Below are positions 16,915 through 25,630 of a DNA stretch of 32,000 nt, one piece after another; position 1 is the first letter of the stretch; each line of letters opens with the position of its first letter. This DNA comes from Horticoccus luteus (GTDB taxonomy: Bacteria; Verrucomicrobiota; Verrucomicrobiia; Opitutales; Opitutaceae), in contig NZ_CP080507.1 of NCBI RefSeq assembly GCF_019464535.1, forward strand, positions 270,001 through 302,000. The letters are read 5' to 3'. The notes below the pieces were generated by a model. It searched no databases. It was not told where the DNA came from and was given only the letters and a program-made list of their open reading frames with translations. The position numbers and the translations under genes are program-made.

Positions 16915-17224
16915 GCGTTCTCCTACCCTGACCGCGCTGATCGCCGGCCTCCCGGCTCGCGGGCTGCTGGCGCTGGTGCGCGGCTATCAGGTGCTGCTTT
17001 CGCCGGTGCTGCCGGCGCTGTTCGGGCCAGCGTGCGGGTGCCGATTCCACCCGACGTGCTCGCATTACGCGGCCACCGCCGTGGCGACGCATGGAGCGCT
17101 GCGTGGTTCCTGGCTGGCGGTGAGGCGGCTGGTGCGTTGCACGCCGCTGAGCGCCGGCGGACTGGACCCCGTGCCTCCGGCGCGGGCGCCGCGTTGGAAC
17201 TGCTCGCGCGTGCCCGCGGCGTAA
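16907..17224 (+). CDS. yidD: Membrane protein insertion efficiency factor YidD
   Basis: [68 protein letters not shown]. The start at ATG 16907 overlaps the rnpA end by 8 nt. Confidence 0.88.
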   Translation: MPERSPTLTALIAGLPARGLLALVRGYQVLLSPVLPALFGPACGCRFHPTCSHYAATAVATHGALRGSWLAVRRLVRCTPLSAGGLDPVPPARAPRWNCSRVPAA

Positions 17225-17246
17225 CGGACCGCAATCGACTTTCGCA

Positions 17247-19088
17247 ATGGATAAAAAGAACACCTTCGTTGGCGTGCTGCTGCTCGCGGCCGCGTGCATC
17301 AGCCTTTATTTTGGTCCGAAACTTTTCCCGCCGCCGCCTACGCCCGCCGTCAACCCGGCCCACGTGGCCCCGGGCAGCCCGGCGGCGCCGGGCGGCACTA
17401 CGGCGGCTGCACCGACGCCCGCGCACGAGCCGGAGAGCGTGATCACGCGCGGCCCCACGCCGAACCCGAGCAACGCGACGTTTGCGACCCTCGCGGAAGA
17501 CAGCGTGGATGCGCATGTCACCGTGCTGCAAAACGATTTCGTGGAAGTGCTGTTAACGGACTTCGGCGGCGCGATCCGCGCGGTGGCGATGAAGAAATAT
17601 CCGGCGCAGTTGAACGATCCGCAGCCGTTTGTATTCAACGCGCAGCATACCGATCCGATGCTGGCGTTGGTGGACTTTCCCGGCCTCGACCGGCGCACGC
17701 GTTTCCAGCTCGTGTCAGCGACGGACCGCGAGGTCGTCTATCAGGCGCAAATCGACGGGCAACTGGAGGTGACGCGCCGCTACACGCTGCCGGCGGCGGC
17801 GGCACCGGGAGTCGATCCGTATCAACTGCGGCACGTGACAACGTTTCGTAATCTCGCCGACAAGAACGCGGGTCCCATGCGCGTGGCGATGAGCGTCGGC
17901 ACGGCGGGTCTGGTGAGCGAACACGACTACGGCACCGAACTTGTGACCGGCTATTCGACGGGCAAGGACCACGGCTTCGTGGAGCGGAGCAAACTCCAAG
18001 GCGGCGGGTTGCTGAGCAAAGTGGGCATCGGTTCATCGGAGCCGCTGCCCTACATCACCACGGGCGGGCCGTTGCTGTGGAGCTCGGTGCAGGACCAATT
18101 TTTCGTCTCCATCCTCACGCCGGACAAGCCGGCGGTGGATATGATCACGCGGCGCGTGGAATTGCCGGCGCTGCCCGGGCAGAGCCAGCCGAACACCGGC
18201 ATCACGGCGAACGCGGATTTCGACGTGCCGGGGATCGCAGCGGGTGGCGAGACAACGCTCGGCCTGAATTTTTACGTCGGGCCGAAGGAATACAAACGGC
18301 TGGCCAACGCCGATGTGTTCAAGGCCGACCAGGATCACGTCATGCGCTTCGGCTTCTTCAGCTTTTTTGCGAAGACGCTGCTGACGATGATGACGTGGCT
18401 GCACGGCTTCTTCGCGGGCTCCAAGTATGCGTGGGGCATCGCGATCATCCTGACGACGCTGCTGTTGAAGGGGATTTTCCTGCCGCTCACGCTGGCGGCC
18501 TCGAAGTCGGCCAAGCGCATGCAGAAGGTGCAGCCGGAGATGAAGGCGTTGCGGGAAAAGTTTAAGGACAACCCGCAAAAGATGCAGGCGGCGACGATGG
18601 AGCTGTTCAAGAAACACCGCGTGAACCCGATGGGCGGGTGTCTGCCGATGTTGATCACGCTGCCGTTCTTCTGGGGCTTCTTCACGATGCTGCGTTCGGC
18701 GTCGGAGTTGCGCTTCCAGCCGTTTCTCTGGGCGCACGACTTGTCGGCCCCGGATACCATTGCGCATGTGTTGGGTCTGCCGATCAACATCCTGCCGATC
18801 CTCATGGGCGCCACGATGGTGGTGCAGATGCGGCTGACGCCGCAGCCCACGGTGGACAACGCGCAGGCGAAGATCTTCAAGTTCATGCCGTATATGTTCG
18901 CGCTGTTTTGCTATAATTTCTCGTGCGCGCTGGCGTTGTATTCGACGGTCAACGGCATCTTCACGATCGGCCAGCAGCTCATCATCAATCGCATGAAAGA
19001 CCCGGCGCCGGTTTCGCCCGCTTCGACCGCGGTGGCGACCGCCGGCCCGCTGTTGAAAAACGTGACCCCGAAAAAGAAGAAGAAGTAA
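17247..19088 (+). CDS. yidC: Membrane protein insertase YidC
   Basis: 613 aa: an N-terminal TM segment, a Pro/Ala linker, a large periplasmic domain and a conserved C-terminal core (KRMQKVQPEMKALREKFKDNPQKMQAATMELFKKHRVNPMGGCLPMLITLPFF), ending in a Lys-rich tail. Confidence 0.95.
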   Translation: MDKKNTFVGVLLLAAACISLYFGPKLFPPPPTPAVNPAHVAPGSPAAPGGTTAAAPTPAHEPESVITRGPTPNPSNATFATLAEDSVDAHVTVLQNDFVEVLLTDFGGAIRAVAMKKYPAQLNDPQPFVFNAQHTDPMLALVDFPGLDRRTRFQLVSATDREVVYQAQIDGQLEVTRRYTLPAAAAPGVDPYQLRHVTTFRNLADKNAGPMRVAMSVGTAGLVSEHDYGTELVTGYSTGKDHGFVERSKLQGGGLLSKVGIGSSEPLPYITTGGPLLWSSVQDQFFVSILTPDKPAVDMITRRVELPALPGQSQPNTGITANADFDVPGIAAGGETTLGLNFYVGPKEYKRLANADVFKADQDHVMRFGFFSFFAKTLLTMMTWLHGFFAGSKYAWGIAIILTTLLLKGIFLPLTLAASKSAKRMQKVQPEMKALREKFKDNPQKMQAATMELFKKHRVNPMGGCLPMLITLPFFWGFFTMLRSASELRFQPFLWAHDLSAPDTIAHVLGLPINILPILMGATMVVQMRLTPQPTVDNAQAKIFKFMPYMFALFCYNFSCALALYSTVNGIFTIGQQLIINRMKDPAPVSPASTAVATAGPLLKNVTPKKKKK

Positions 19089-19121
19089 ACCTCTGCGCGG
19101 CCGCGCGACGTTGATTCCCTC

Positions 19122-19874
19122 ATGGCTGGCCATAGCAAATGGACTAAAGTCAAACGGCTGAAGGCCGTCACCGACGGGCGGCGCGGCAAGGTGTTCAGCC
19201 GTTTGTCGCGCGACATCACGCTCGCGGCGAAGGCGGGCGGCGGCGATCCGGCGATGAATCCGCGGCTGCGCACCTTGGTGTCGAAGGCGAAGGAGGCGAA
19301 CATGCCGGTCGATAACGTCGATCGCGCGATCAAGAAAGGCACGGGCGAGTTGCCCGGCGTGGTGTATGAGGACGCCGTTTACGAAGGCTATGGGCCCGCG
19401 GGGGTGGCGCTGATGGTGAAGGTGACGACGGACAACAAGAACCGCGTGGCCTCGGATATCCGAAGCCTGTTCACGCGGTGCGGAGGCAATCTGGGCGGCA
19501 CGAATTCGGTGGCGTTTCAGTTTCTGCACGCCGGGCAATTTTTAATCGCGAGCGAGTCGGCGACGGAGGACGCGTTGATGGAAATCGCGCTGGAGACCGG
19601 CGCGGACGACGTGATTGCGAGCGAGCAGGGTTTTGAAATCCGCTGCGATGTGCACCTGTTCGACAAGGTCGCGCAGGCGTTGGAGGAAAAGGACATCAAG
19701 ACGGCGAGCGCCGAGATCGCCTACATCCCGACGGTGCACGTGCCGGTGACCGAGGTGGAGGTGGCGCGGACGTTATTGAAGCTGCACGACGCGCTGGATG
19801 AATACGACGACGTGCAGGCGGTCTATTCCAACGAGGAGATGAGCGATGAGATCGCCGCGGCGGCGCAAGGCTGA
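19122..19874 (+). CDS. yebC: YebC/PmpR family DNA-binding transcriptional regulator
   Basis: MAGHSKWTKVKRLKAVTDGRRGKVFSRLSRDITLAAKAGGGDPAMNPRLR... It is 250 aa and reads as the family signature throughout. Confidence 0.93.
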   Translation: MAGHSKWTKVKRLKAVTDGRRGKVFSRLSRDITLAAKAGGGDPAMNPRLRTLVSKAKEANMPVDNVDRAIKKGTGELPGVVYEDAVYEGYGPAGVALMVKVTTDNKNRVASDIRSLFTRCGGNLGGTNSVAFQFLHAGQFLIASESATEDALMEIALETGADDVIASEQGFEIRCDVHLFDKVAQALEEKDIKTASAEIAYIPTVHVPVTEVEVARTLLKLHDALDEYDDVQAVYSNEEMSDEIAAAAQG

Positions 19875-19949
19875 GCGGATTGGCGCCGGTCATAAGACAG
19901 GCGCTCCGCTTGCGTGCGACAAAGCGTTCGTGCTGCGTTAATTTTTCCG

Positions 19950-21149
19950 ATGCCGGATCTCGATGACACGTTGACGACGGAGGCGCCCGCGCCTGCGCCC
20001 GCACCCGAAGCGGGCAGCGTGGGCATAGTCACGCCGGTCGATTTCGTGCACGAGCGCCCGTTTGTCTGCAAGAACGGGCAGGTGCTCCCGGGGTTCACGT
20101 TGCGCTACGAGACTTACGGCGAACTCAATGCCGAGCGCGACAACGCGATCGTGATCTGCCACGCGCTGAGCGGCGACCATCACTGCGCGGGGCGGCACGC
20201 GCCGGATGACCGCAAGCCAGGCTGGTGGGACAATCTCATCGGGCCGGGCAAGGCGGTGGATACGCGGCGGTTTTTTGTCGTGTGTGCCAACGTGCTCGGC
20301 GGTTGCGTGGGATCGACGGGGCCGACGTCGCTCGATCCGGCGACGGGGCGGCCTTACGGGATGTCGTTCCCGGCGGTCACGGTGCGCGACATGGTGCACG
20401 CGCAAAAACTCTTGCTCGATGCGCTGGGCGTGGCGGCGCTGCACGCGGTGATCGGCGGGTCGATGGGCGGGATGCAGGCGATGGTGTTTGCGATCGAGTT
20501 TCCGTCGTTTGTGCGGCGGGTGCTGGCGATGGCGACGACAGCGCGGGAGAGCGCGCAGGCGATCGCGTTCAACGAAGTGGGGCGGCAGGCGATCATGCAG
20601 GATCCGGGCTGGAATGGCGGCGATTATCCGAAAGGAGGCGGACCGCGGGTGGGTCTCGCGATCGCGCGGATGATGGCGCACATCACGTATCTGTCGGATG
20701 CGAGCATGGACCGGAAATTCGGGCGGCGGCGCAAGAGCGGTGCGAGCGGCGAGAGCTATACGTTCGACGTGCAGTTCGAGGTGGAAAGCTATCTGCGGCA
20801 TCAGGGGCAGAGCTTCATCAACCGGTTCGACGCGAACTCGTATCTCTACATCACGCGAGCGCTGGACCACTTCGATCTCGCGCAGGCGTATGGCTCGCTC
20901 GAGGCGGCGTTTGCGCCGGTGAACGCGCGATTTCTGGTCGTGGGTTTCACGAGCGACTGGCTGTTTCCGCCGGACCAGAACCGCGCGATCGCGCTGGCGT
21001 TGCTGCGGGCGGGGAAGGCGGCAAGCTATGCCGAGCTGTCGACGGATCTGGGCCACGACTCGTTTCTCCTCGAGTCGGAGGAACTGTATGCGCTGGTGCG
21101 CGCGTTTCTCGAACGCGAGGAGCCGCGGGTGTTTGATTTTTCCATCTGA
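19950..21149 (+). CDS. metX: Homoserine O-acetyltransferase
   Basis: GFTLRYETYGELNAERDNAIVICHALSGDHH...VIGGSMGGMQAM...GFTSDWLFPP...GHDSFLLE. I prefer the start at ATG 19950 (MPDLDD...); ATG 19914 is also possible. Confidence 0.92.
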   Translation: MPDLDDTLTTEAPAPAPAPEAGSVGIVTPVDFVHERPFVCKNGQVLPGFTLRYETYGELNAERDNAIVICHALSGDHHCAGRHAPDDRKPGWWDNLIGPGKAVDTRRFFVVCANVLGGCVGSTGPTSLDPATGRPYGMSFPAVTVRDMVHAQKLLLDALGVAALHAVIGGSMGGMQAMVFAIEFPSFVRRVLAMATTARESAQAIAFNEVGRQAIMQDPGWNGGDYPKGGGPRVGLAIARMMAHITYLSDASMDRKFGRRRKSGASGESYTFDVQFEVESYLRHQGQSFINRFDANSYLYITRALDHFDLAQAYGSLEAAFAPVNARFLVVGFTSDWLFPPDQNRAIALALLRAGKAASYAELSTDLGHDSFLLESEELYALVRAFLEREEPRVFDFSI

Positions 21150-21151
21150 CC

Positions 21152-21757
21152 ATGACGGCCCTCGTAGAAAAACGCACGGTCGACATGCAGATCATCGGGG
21201 AGTGGGTGGAACCGCGCTCAAAGGTCCTGGATCTCGGCTGCGGGCGCGGGGCGCTGCTCGAATATCTGACGCAGACGAAGGATGTGCGCGGGGTCGGCGT
21301 GGATATGGATTTCAGCCGGATCACGGCGTGCGTGGCGCGCGGGCTTTCGGTTTACCAAGGTGACATGACGGCGTTCATGCGGCAGTTCCCGGATGGGGAA
21401 TTCGATCGCGTGATTTGTTCGCGCACGGTGCAGGAGCTCGATGATCCGACGACGGTAATCGGAGAAGCGTTGCGCGTGGGGCGCGCGTTGACGGTGGGTT
21501 TTGTGAATCATGGTTTCTGGAAAAACCGGGTCGATGGCCTCGTGCGCGGCCGCAAGGTGCGCAACGAGGTTTACACGACGGAGTGGTTCGAGAGCCGGCC
21601 GGCGAACCCGGTGACGATCGCCGACTTCGAGCACTTTTGCGCGGCGAAGGATTTGCGGATCACGCGCTGTGTTTATTTGCGCGGTGACTGGAAGACGCGG
21701 TGCTGGGTGCGGCCGAATCTGTTCGCCGGCTACGCGCTTTACGATCTCGCGCGCTGA
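21152..21757 (+). CDS. metW: Methionine biosynthesis protein MetW
   Basis: The start is 2 nt after the metX stop. It has a SAM-methyltransferase-like VLDLGCGRGALLEYL motif, the typical MetW length (201 aa) and the typical position after metX. Confidence 0.88.
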   Translation: MTALVEKRTVDMQIIGEWVEPRSKVLDLGCGRGALLEYLTQTKDVRGVGVDMDFSRITACVARGLSVYQGDMTAFMRQFPDGEFDRVICSRTVQELDDPTTVIGEALRVGRALTVGFVNHGFWKNRVDGLVRGRKVRNEVYTTEWFESRPANPVTIADFEHFCAAKDLRITRCVYLRGDWKTRCWVRPNLFAGYALYDLAR

Positions 21758-21813
21758 CCTGTGAGGCGGCGTTGCGCGGTTGCGCGTGAGGAGAGGGCGC
21801 GGCAACGTAAGGC

Positions 21814-22215
21814 ATGAAATTCATCCGCGCGCTCCTGTTATTTTTCGGATTGGCCATTGGTTTGAACGCGGCGGAAGCGCCCCGCATCGCGCCGCAGGCC
21901 GCCGCGGAGCAAGTCGCGGCGGGCACGGCGGTGCTCGTGGACGTGCGCGAACCGGCGGAGTGGGAGAAGACGGGCGTGGCGCAACCGGCGGTGTTGCTGG
22001 CGAAGAGCGATTACGACGCGGGCGCGAGCGATTGGACGGCGTTTCTCGAGGCGAACCGCGGCAAAAAAATCATTCTCTACTGCCACTCGGGACGGCGCGC
22101 GGGGATCGTGGCCGAGGCCCTCGCGGAGAAAGGATTTCGCGTGGCCAATGCCGGCGGATTGCAGGATTGGACCAAGGCCGGATTGCCGGTGCGTTCTGTG
22201 GAAGCGAAAAAATAG
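21814..22215 (+). CDS. Exported single-domain rhodanese-like sulfurtransferase
   Basis: MKFIRALLLFFGLAIGLNAAEA looks like a signal peptide. The rhodanese active-site loop is LYCHSGRRAG. Confidence 0.8.
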   Translation: MKFIRALLLFFGLAIGLNAAEAPRIAPQAAAEQVAAGTAVLVDVREPAEWEKTGVAQPAVLLAKSDYDAGASDWTAFLEANRGKKIILYCHSGRRAGIVAEALAEKGFRVANAGGLQDWTKAGLPVRSVEAKK

Positions 22216-22224
22216 GGCGGCGGC

Positions 22225-23118
22225 CTACGTGAGTCGCGCGGCGCGGAAGAGACACACGCAGTCGGTGCCATCCGCGGTCGGAAGCCATTCGGGCGCGAGC
22301 GCACGGAATTCACGCGAGATCGCGCGGCGCAAACCACCGACCTCGATCACGACGATGCCGTGGGGCGCGAGGCGTTCACGGGCTTGGGCGAGAAGTTTGC
22401 GAATGATCGCGAGGCCGTCGGGGCCGCCGTCGTGCGCGAGACGCGGCTCGGCGCGAAATTCCGCGGCCTGGCGATCGACATGGGCGCTCGGCTCGTAGGG
22501 CGGGTTGCTGAGAATAATGTCGTAGGGCACTGGCGGCACGGCGTCGAACACGTCGCTCGGGTGGAGCGCGATGCGCGACTGAAGTCGATGCGCGTCGCGG
22601 TTAAGACGGGCGACGGCGAGCGCGTCGGGGGAAAGGTCCAGGGCGTCGATCTGCGCGCGGGGAAACTGGCGGGCGAGCAAAATGGCGAGGCAGCCGGAGC
22701 CGGTGCAGACGTCGACGGCGCGCCGCACCTTGACGCCCGGGAGCAGGTCCGGGAGTTGCGGGATGAGTTCGACGAAGTAGCTGCGCGGAATGATGACGCG
22801 TTCGTCGACGTGAAAGCGCAGGCCGCCGAGCCAGGTTTCGCGCGTGAGGTAGGCGGCGGGCACGCGGTCTTCGAGTCGGCGGCGGAAGAGCGTGCGGACC
22901 GCGGCGGCCTCCGTCGGCGTCAGCGGGCGGGAGAGCACGTCCGGCGAACTGTCGAGCGGGAGCTGCAACGCGTGGAGCAAGAGGTAAAGCGCTTCATCGT
23001 GGGCCTCGGCCGCGATCTGCCCGAGGGCGGCGCCGGAGCGGGCGTATTGGCTTTCCGCCCAGTGCAGCCAATCGCCGAGAGTGCGCGGAGCGGCGGGTTC
23101 AGGCCGGCGGGAGGGCAT
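22225..23118 (-). CDS. prmB: Ribosomal protein L3 N5-glutamine methyltransferase (HemK family)
   Basis: 297 aa from ATG 23118. It has HVDERVIIPRS, VDVCTGSGCLAILLA and the NPPY motif (ILSNPPYEPS), and its C-terminus (...EWLPTADGTDCVCLF) resembles that of E. coli PrmB. The upstream part of the 430-aa ORF overlaps the neighbouring gene and is compositional junk. Confidence 0.8.
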   Translation of the reverse strand: MPSRRPEPAAPRTLGDWLHWAESQYARSGAALGQIAAEAHDEALYLLLHALQLPLDSSPDVLSRPLTPTEAAAVRTLFRRRLEDRVPAAYLTRETWLGGLRFHVDERVIIPRSYFVELIPQLPDLLPGVKVRRAVDVCTGSGCLAILLARQFPRAQIDALDLSPDALAVARLNRDAHRLQSRIALHPSDVFDAVPPVPYDIILSNPPYEPSAHVDRQAAEFRAEPRLAHDGGPDGLAIIRKLLAQARERLAPHGIVVIEVGGLRRAISREFRALAPEWLPTADGTDCVCLFRAARLT

Positions 23119-23914
23119 CGGTGGTGCGCACGTGTTCGTGGTGATGGATATGCTCCGGGCAGTAGCATTGGTCGCCGGCGCACTGGGAACAGTAGCGGAA
23201 ATCGAGTTGGGGATGGGAAAGGTCGGTCTTGCCGCAAACGTGGCAACGATGCCGCGGTTGCGGGCCGGCGCGTTCCTGCACGAGGTGTTGCACGTCGCGG
23301 CGCATGCGGCGCCGGCGGTAGCGCAGCGTGAGATAAATATCGCGGCCGAAAAAGAGCAGGAAGTTGCCCACGGCGGCGATGACTTGCAGGCGCGTGGCAG
23401 GGCCGCCGGTGATGAACGACCATGCGTATCCGAGCCAGGCGAGCAGCGCGAGCCACTTGATCTTGATCGGCAGGATGAAAAACAGCGAAAGCTCGAAGTT
23501 GGGATTGAGCCACGCAAACGCCAGAAACACCGAGCCGGCCAGAAACAGATTGGAGGCGAAAGCGGCGGGAATCACGAAGGCGGCGCCGACGGTCAGCGCC
23601 CAGCCGGTGAAGATAAAAAGGTTGAAGCGCACGGTGCCCCAATAGTGCTCGAGCGCTTCGCCCATCAGGTAAAAGAGCCACCAGGCAAACGCGATGAAGA
23701 GAAAGCTCACGGGCGGCGGCACGAACAGAAACGTGATCAGCCGCCACCACTCGCCGTGCTGCACCAGCGCGGGGACGAGGAGCAGCAGCCCCACGTCGAG
23801 CCGGCCCAGCATGGACGCGAGCGCCACGAACACCTGACCGATGACGAAGAGGAGCGCGAGATGCGGGAGGGCGACGCGCTGCAGCGAGCGTTCGAGTTTC
23901 GAAAGGGCCTTCAC
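23099..23914 (-). CDS. Polytopic membrane protein with rhomboid-like core and C-terminal Cys/His-rich (zinc-ribbon-like) tail
   Basis: 271 aa with about 6 TM spans. It has the rhomboid-type motifs GEWWRLITFLF and LMGEALEHYWG. The cytoplasmic tail is RHRCHVCGKTDLSHPQLDFRYCSQCAGDQCYCPEHIHHHEH. The stop overlaps the prmB start by 20 nt. Confidence 0.7.
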   Translation of the reverse strand: MKALSKLERSLQRVALPHLALLFVIGQVFVALASMLGRLDVGLLLLVPALVQHGEWWRLITFLFVPPPVSFLFIAFAWWLFYLMGEALEHYWGTVRFNLFIFTGWALTVGAAFVIPAAFASNLFLAGSVFLAFAWLNPNFELSLFFILPIKIKWLALLAWLGYAWSFITGGPATRLQVIAAVGNFLLFFGRDIYLTLRYRRRRMRRDVQHLVQERAGPQPRHRCHVCGKTDLSHPQLDFRYCSQCAGDQCYCPEHIHHHEHVRTTDALPPA

Positions 23915-23972
23915 AACGACAGGACGGAGCTTCGGTAACCGCCCGCGGAGGGCGCAACGGCGTGAGCGAGCG

Positions 23973-24629
23973 TCACGTGGCGATCAGTTTGAAGACGGCG
24001 ACGAACGGCGAGGCGACCGCCATCATGAGGTAACCCAAAGCCGAGCGCACGCCGGGGATCATAAAGGCCAGCAGGACGAGCATGAAGCCCCAGCGGGAGA
24101 AGCGCACGAACGTGAGTTCACTCATTCCGACCACATGGCGCAGCACCTGGCCCCCATCGAGCGGCGGGACGGGCAGGAGGTTGAACACGGCGAGGGCGAC
24201 ATTCACCATCAGGGCCATGCGCACCAGCTCCAGCGTGCGAGGATCGGCGCGAAAGGCGAAACCACCGATGACCGCGGCAAGCAGGGCGAGAACAAGATTC
24301 GAGCCGGGACCGGCCAGCGTGGTCAGCAGCTCGCCGCGGGTGCGGTGAGGAGCGAAGTTACTGGGATTGATCATGACGGGCCGCCCCCAGCCGAAAAGCA
24401 GGCCGCCGGGAAAAAGAAAGATGCACGCCAGCGGAAAAATCACGGTGCCATACATATCCATGTGCGCGAGCGGATTGAGCGTGACGCGGCCTTGATTGCG
24501 CGGCGTGTCGTCACCGAGGCGGTCGGCGACAAACGCGTGCGCCCATTCGTGGACGCAGAGGCTTACGACAAGAACGAGGTAGAATATCAGGCCTTCCCGC
24601 AGGTGGCTCAAATCGATGCCGGAATTCAT
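23973..24629 (-). CDS. Site-2 protease family (peptidase M50) intramembrane metalloprotease
   Basis: It has the HExxH motif in a TM segment (LCVHEWAHAFVADRLGD) and the second signature NLLPVPPLDGG. I prefer the start at ATG 24629, 4 nt after the upstream stop; ATG 24665 is also possible. Confidence 0.85.
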   Translation of the reverse strand: MNSGIDLSHLREGLIFYLVLVVSLCVHEWAHAFVADRLGDDTPRNQGRVTLNPLAHMDMYGTVIFPLACIFLFPGGLLFGWGRPVMINPSNFAPHRTRGELLTTLAGPGSNLVLALLAAVIGGFAFRADPRTLELVRMALMVNVALAVFNLLPVPPLDGGQVLRHVVGMSELTFVRFSRWGFMLVLLAFMIPGVRSALGYLMMAVASPFVAVFKLIAT

Positions 24630-24633
24630 CGGG

Positions 24634-25611
24634 TCATTTTTTGCCGTCGGCAGAGAGCTGCGCAACGAGCTTTTCCTTCTGCTCGTCGAGGGCGGGCTCG
24701 TGGACGGTGGCGAGGAGGAGGCGCGCCTGCTCGGGGCGATTGGTTTTGAGGAAGATGTTGGCGATGTGCAGGCGCATGGTTTCGCGTTCGACGTTGCTGC
24801 CCGCTTTTTCCTCGAGGGCGTGCCATTCCTTGAGGGCGGCGTCCCAGTCAGGATTTTCCAAGTCGTAGAAGGACTCGGCGTAACGGTAGGTGAATTCTAT
24901 GCGGTCGGGCGCGAGCTCGGCGGCGCGGTGGAACGCTTCGTGAGTGGTGCGATCGAGATCGGCGCGGCTCCACTGGCCGGATTTCAGGAAGTCCGCGCGC
25001 GCTTCGTGGAGGAGCGTGCCGAGTTGGTAGTGATAGAGCGGCTCGTCGGGTTTCAACTGAATCGCCGCAAGAAAGTAGCTCACCGCTTCGAGCGGCTGTC
25101 CTTCCTCGGCGAGGTAGTTGCCAATCTGGTTTTTGACGAAGGGCTGGTTGGGGTCGCGCTCGTTGGATTTGAGCAGCATCGCGATCGACTGGCGGCGCAT
25201 GTCGATCTTGCCGAGAAAATAGCCGTAGGCGGCGTAACCCTTCGCGGTCGGGTGATCGGTGAGCAGGCTTTCGTAATCGAAGCTGATCTGCTGGAGCTCG
25301 TGCTTGAACTCATCGTCGTCGACCTTCGGCTCGTCGCCGGAGGCTTGGGCGAACAACGTCTGCTGGCGGCGCACGATTGCCTGGAGTCGGGCCTCGGCTT
25401 CCGGATCGGGCGGCGTCGTCTCGGCGGGTTTGGCCGGTCGCGGCGGGAGATCGGCGGGGATGCGGTGAGCGGCAGCGGGCGGGGTCGCGGCGGGGTCCGC
25501 GCGCAGCGAGGCCGGCAAACCGGGTTCAGCAACAACGACGGGATCGGCCGCGAGCGCGGTCGCTGCGCTGGCGACAAGGAGACAGGAAATCAGGCCGAAA
25601 ACACGTGACAT
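24634..25611 (-). CDS. Exported TPR-like repeat protein
   Basis: MSRVFGLISCLLVASAATALAADP looks like a signal peptide. It is followed by a Pro/Ala-rich linker and TPR-like helical repeats (...NQIGNYLAEEGQPLEAVSYFLAAIQLKPDEPLYHYQLGTLL...). Confidence 0.7.
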   Translation of the reverse strand: MSRVFGLISCLLVASAATALAADPVVVAEPGLPASLRADPAATPPAAAHRIPADLPPRPAKPAETTPPDPEAEARLQAIVRRQQTLFAQASGDEPKVDDDEFKHELQQISFDYESLLTDHPTAKGYAAYGYFLGKIDMRRQSIAMLLKSNERDPNQPFVKNQIGNYLAEEGQPLEAVSYFLAAIQLKPDEPLYHYQLGTLLHEARADFLKSGQWSRADLDRTTHEAFHRAAELAPDRIEFTYRYAESFYDLENPDWDAALKEWHALEEKAGSNVERETMRLHIANIFLKTNRPEQARLLLATVHEPALDEQKEKLVAQLSADGKK

Positions 25612-25630
25612 GGGAGGCGGTGCGACAGAT

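Noticed and set aside
19095-19106. The 12-bp perfect palindrome gcgcggccgcgc lies between yidC and yebC.
   Set aside because: It has no loop and no T-tract, so it is not a credible terminator. GC palindromes of this size are expected by chance at this composition.
19875-19949. A possible SAM riboswitch upstream of metX. There is also a bulged GC hairpin (gcgga-tt-ggcgcc...ggcgc-tccgc) just after yebC.
   Set aside because: The spacer is only 75 nt and I cannot place a SAM-I, SAM-II or SAM-V core in it. The hairpin more likely marks a weak yebC terminator. An Rfam scan would settle it.
18033-21056. Antisense ORFs 18033-19538 - and 19938-21056 -, and the overlapping 20225-21136 +.
   Set aside because: They lie opposite or out of frame to yidC, yebC and metX, which are unambiguous. 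Their composition is Arg/His/Gln-rich junk.
22360-25608. Plus-strand ORFs 22360-23331, 23081-23938, 23841-24749 and 24616-25608.
   Set aside because: They are antisense to prmB, the rhomboid-like gene, the M50 gene and the TPR gene. They have no motifs and a strong Gly/Arg/Glu bias.
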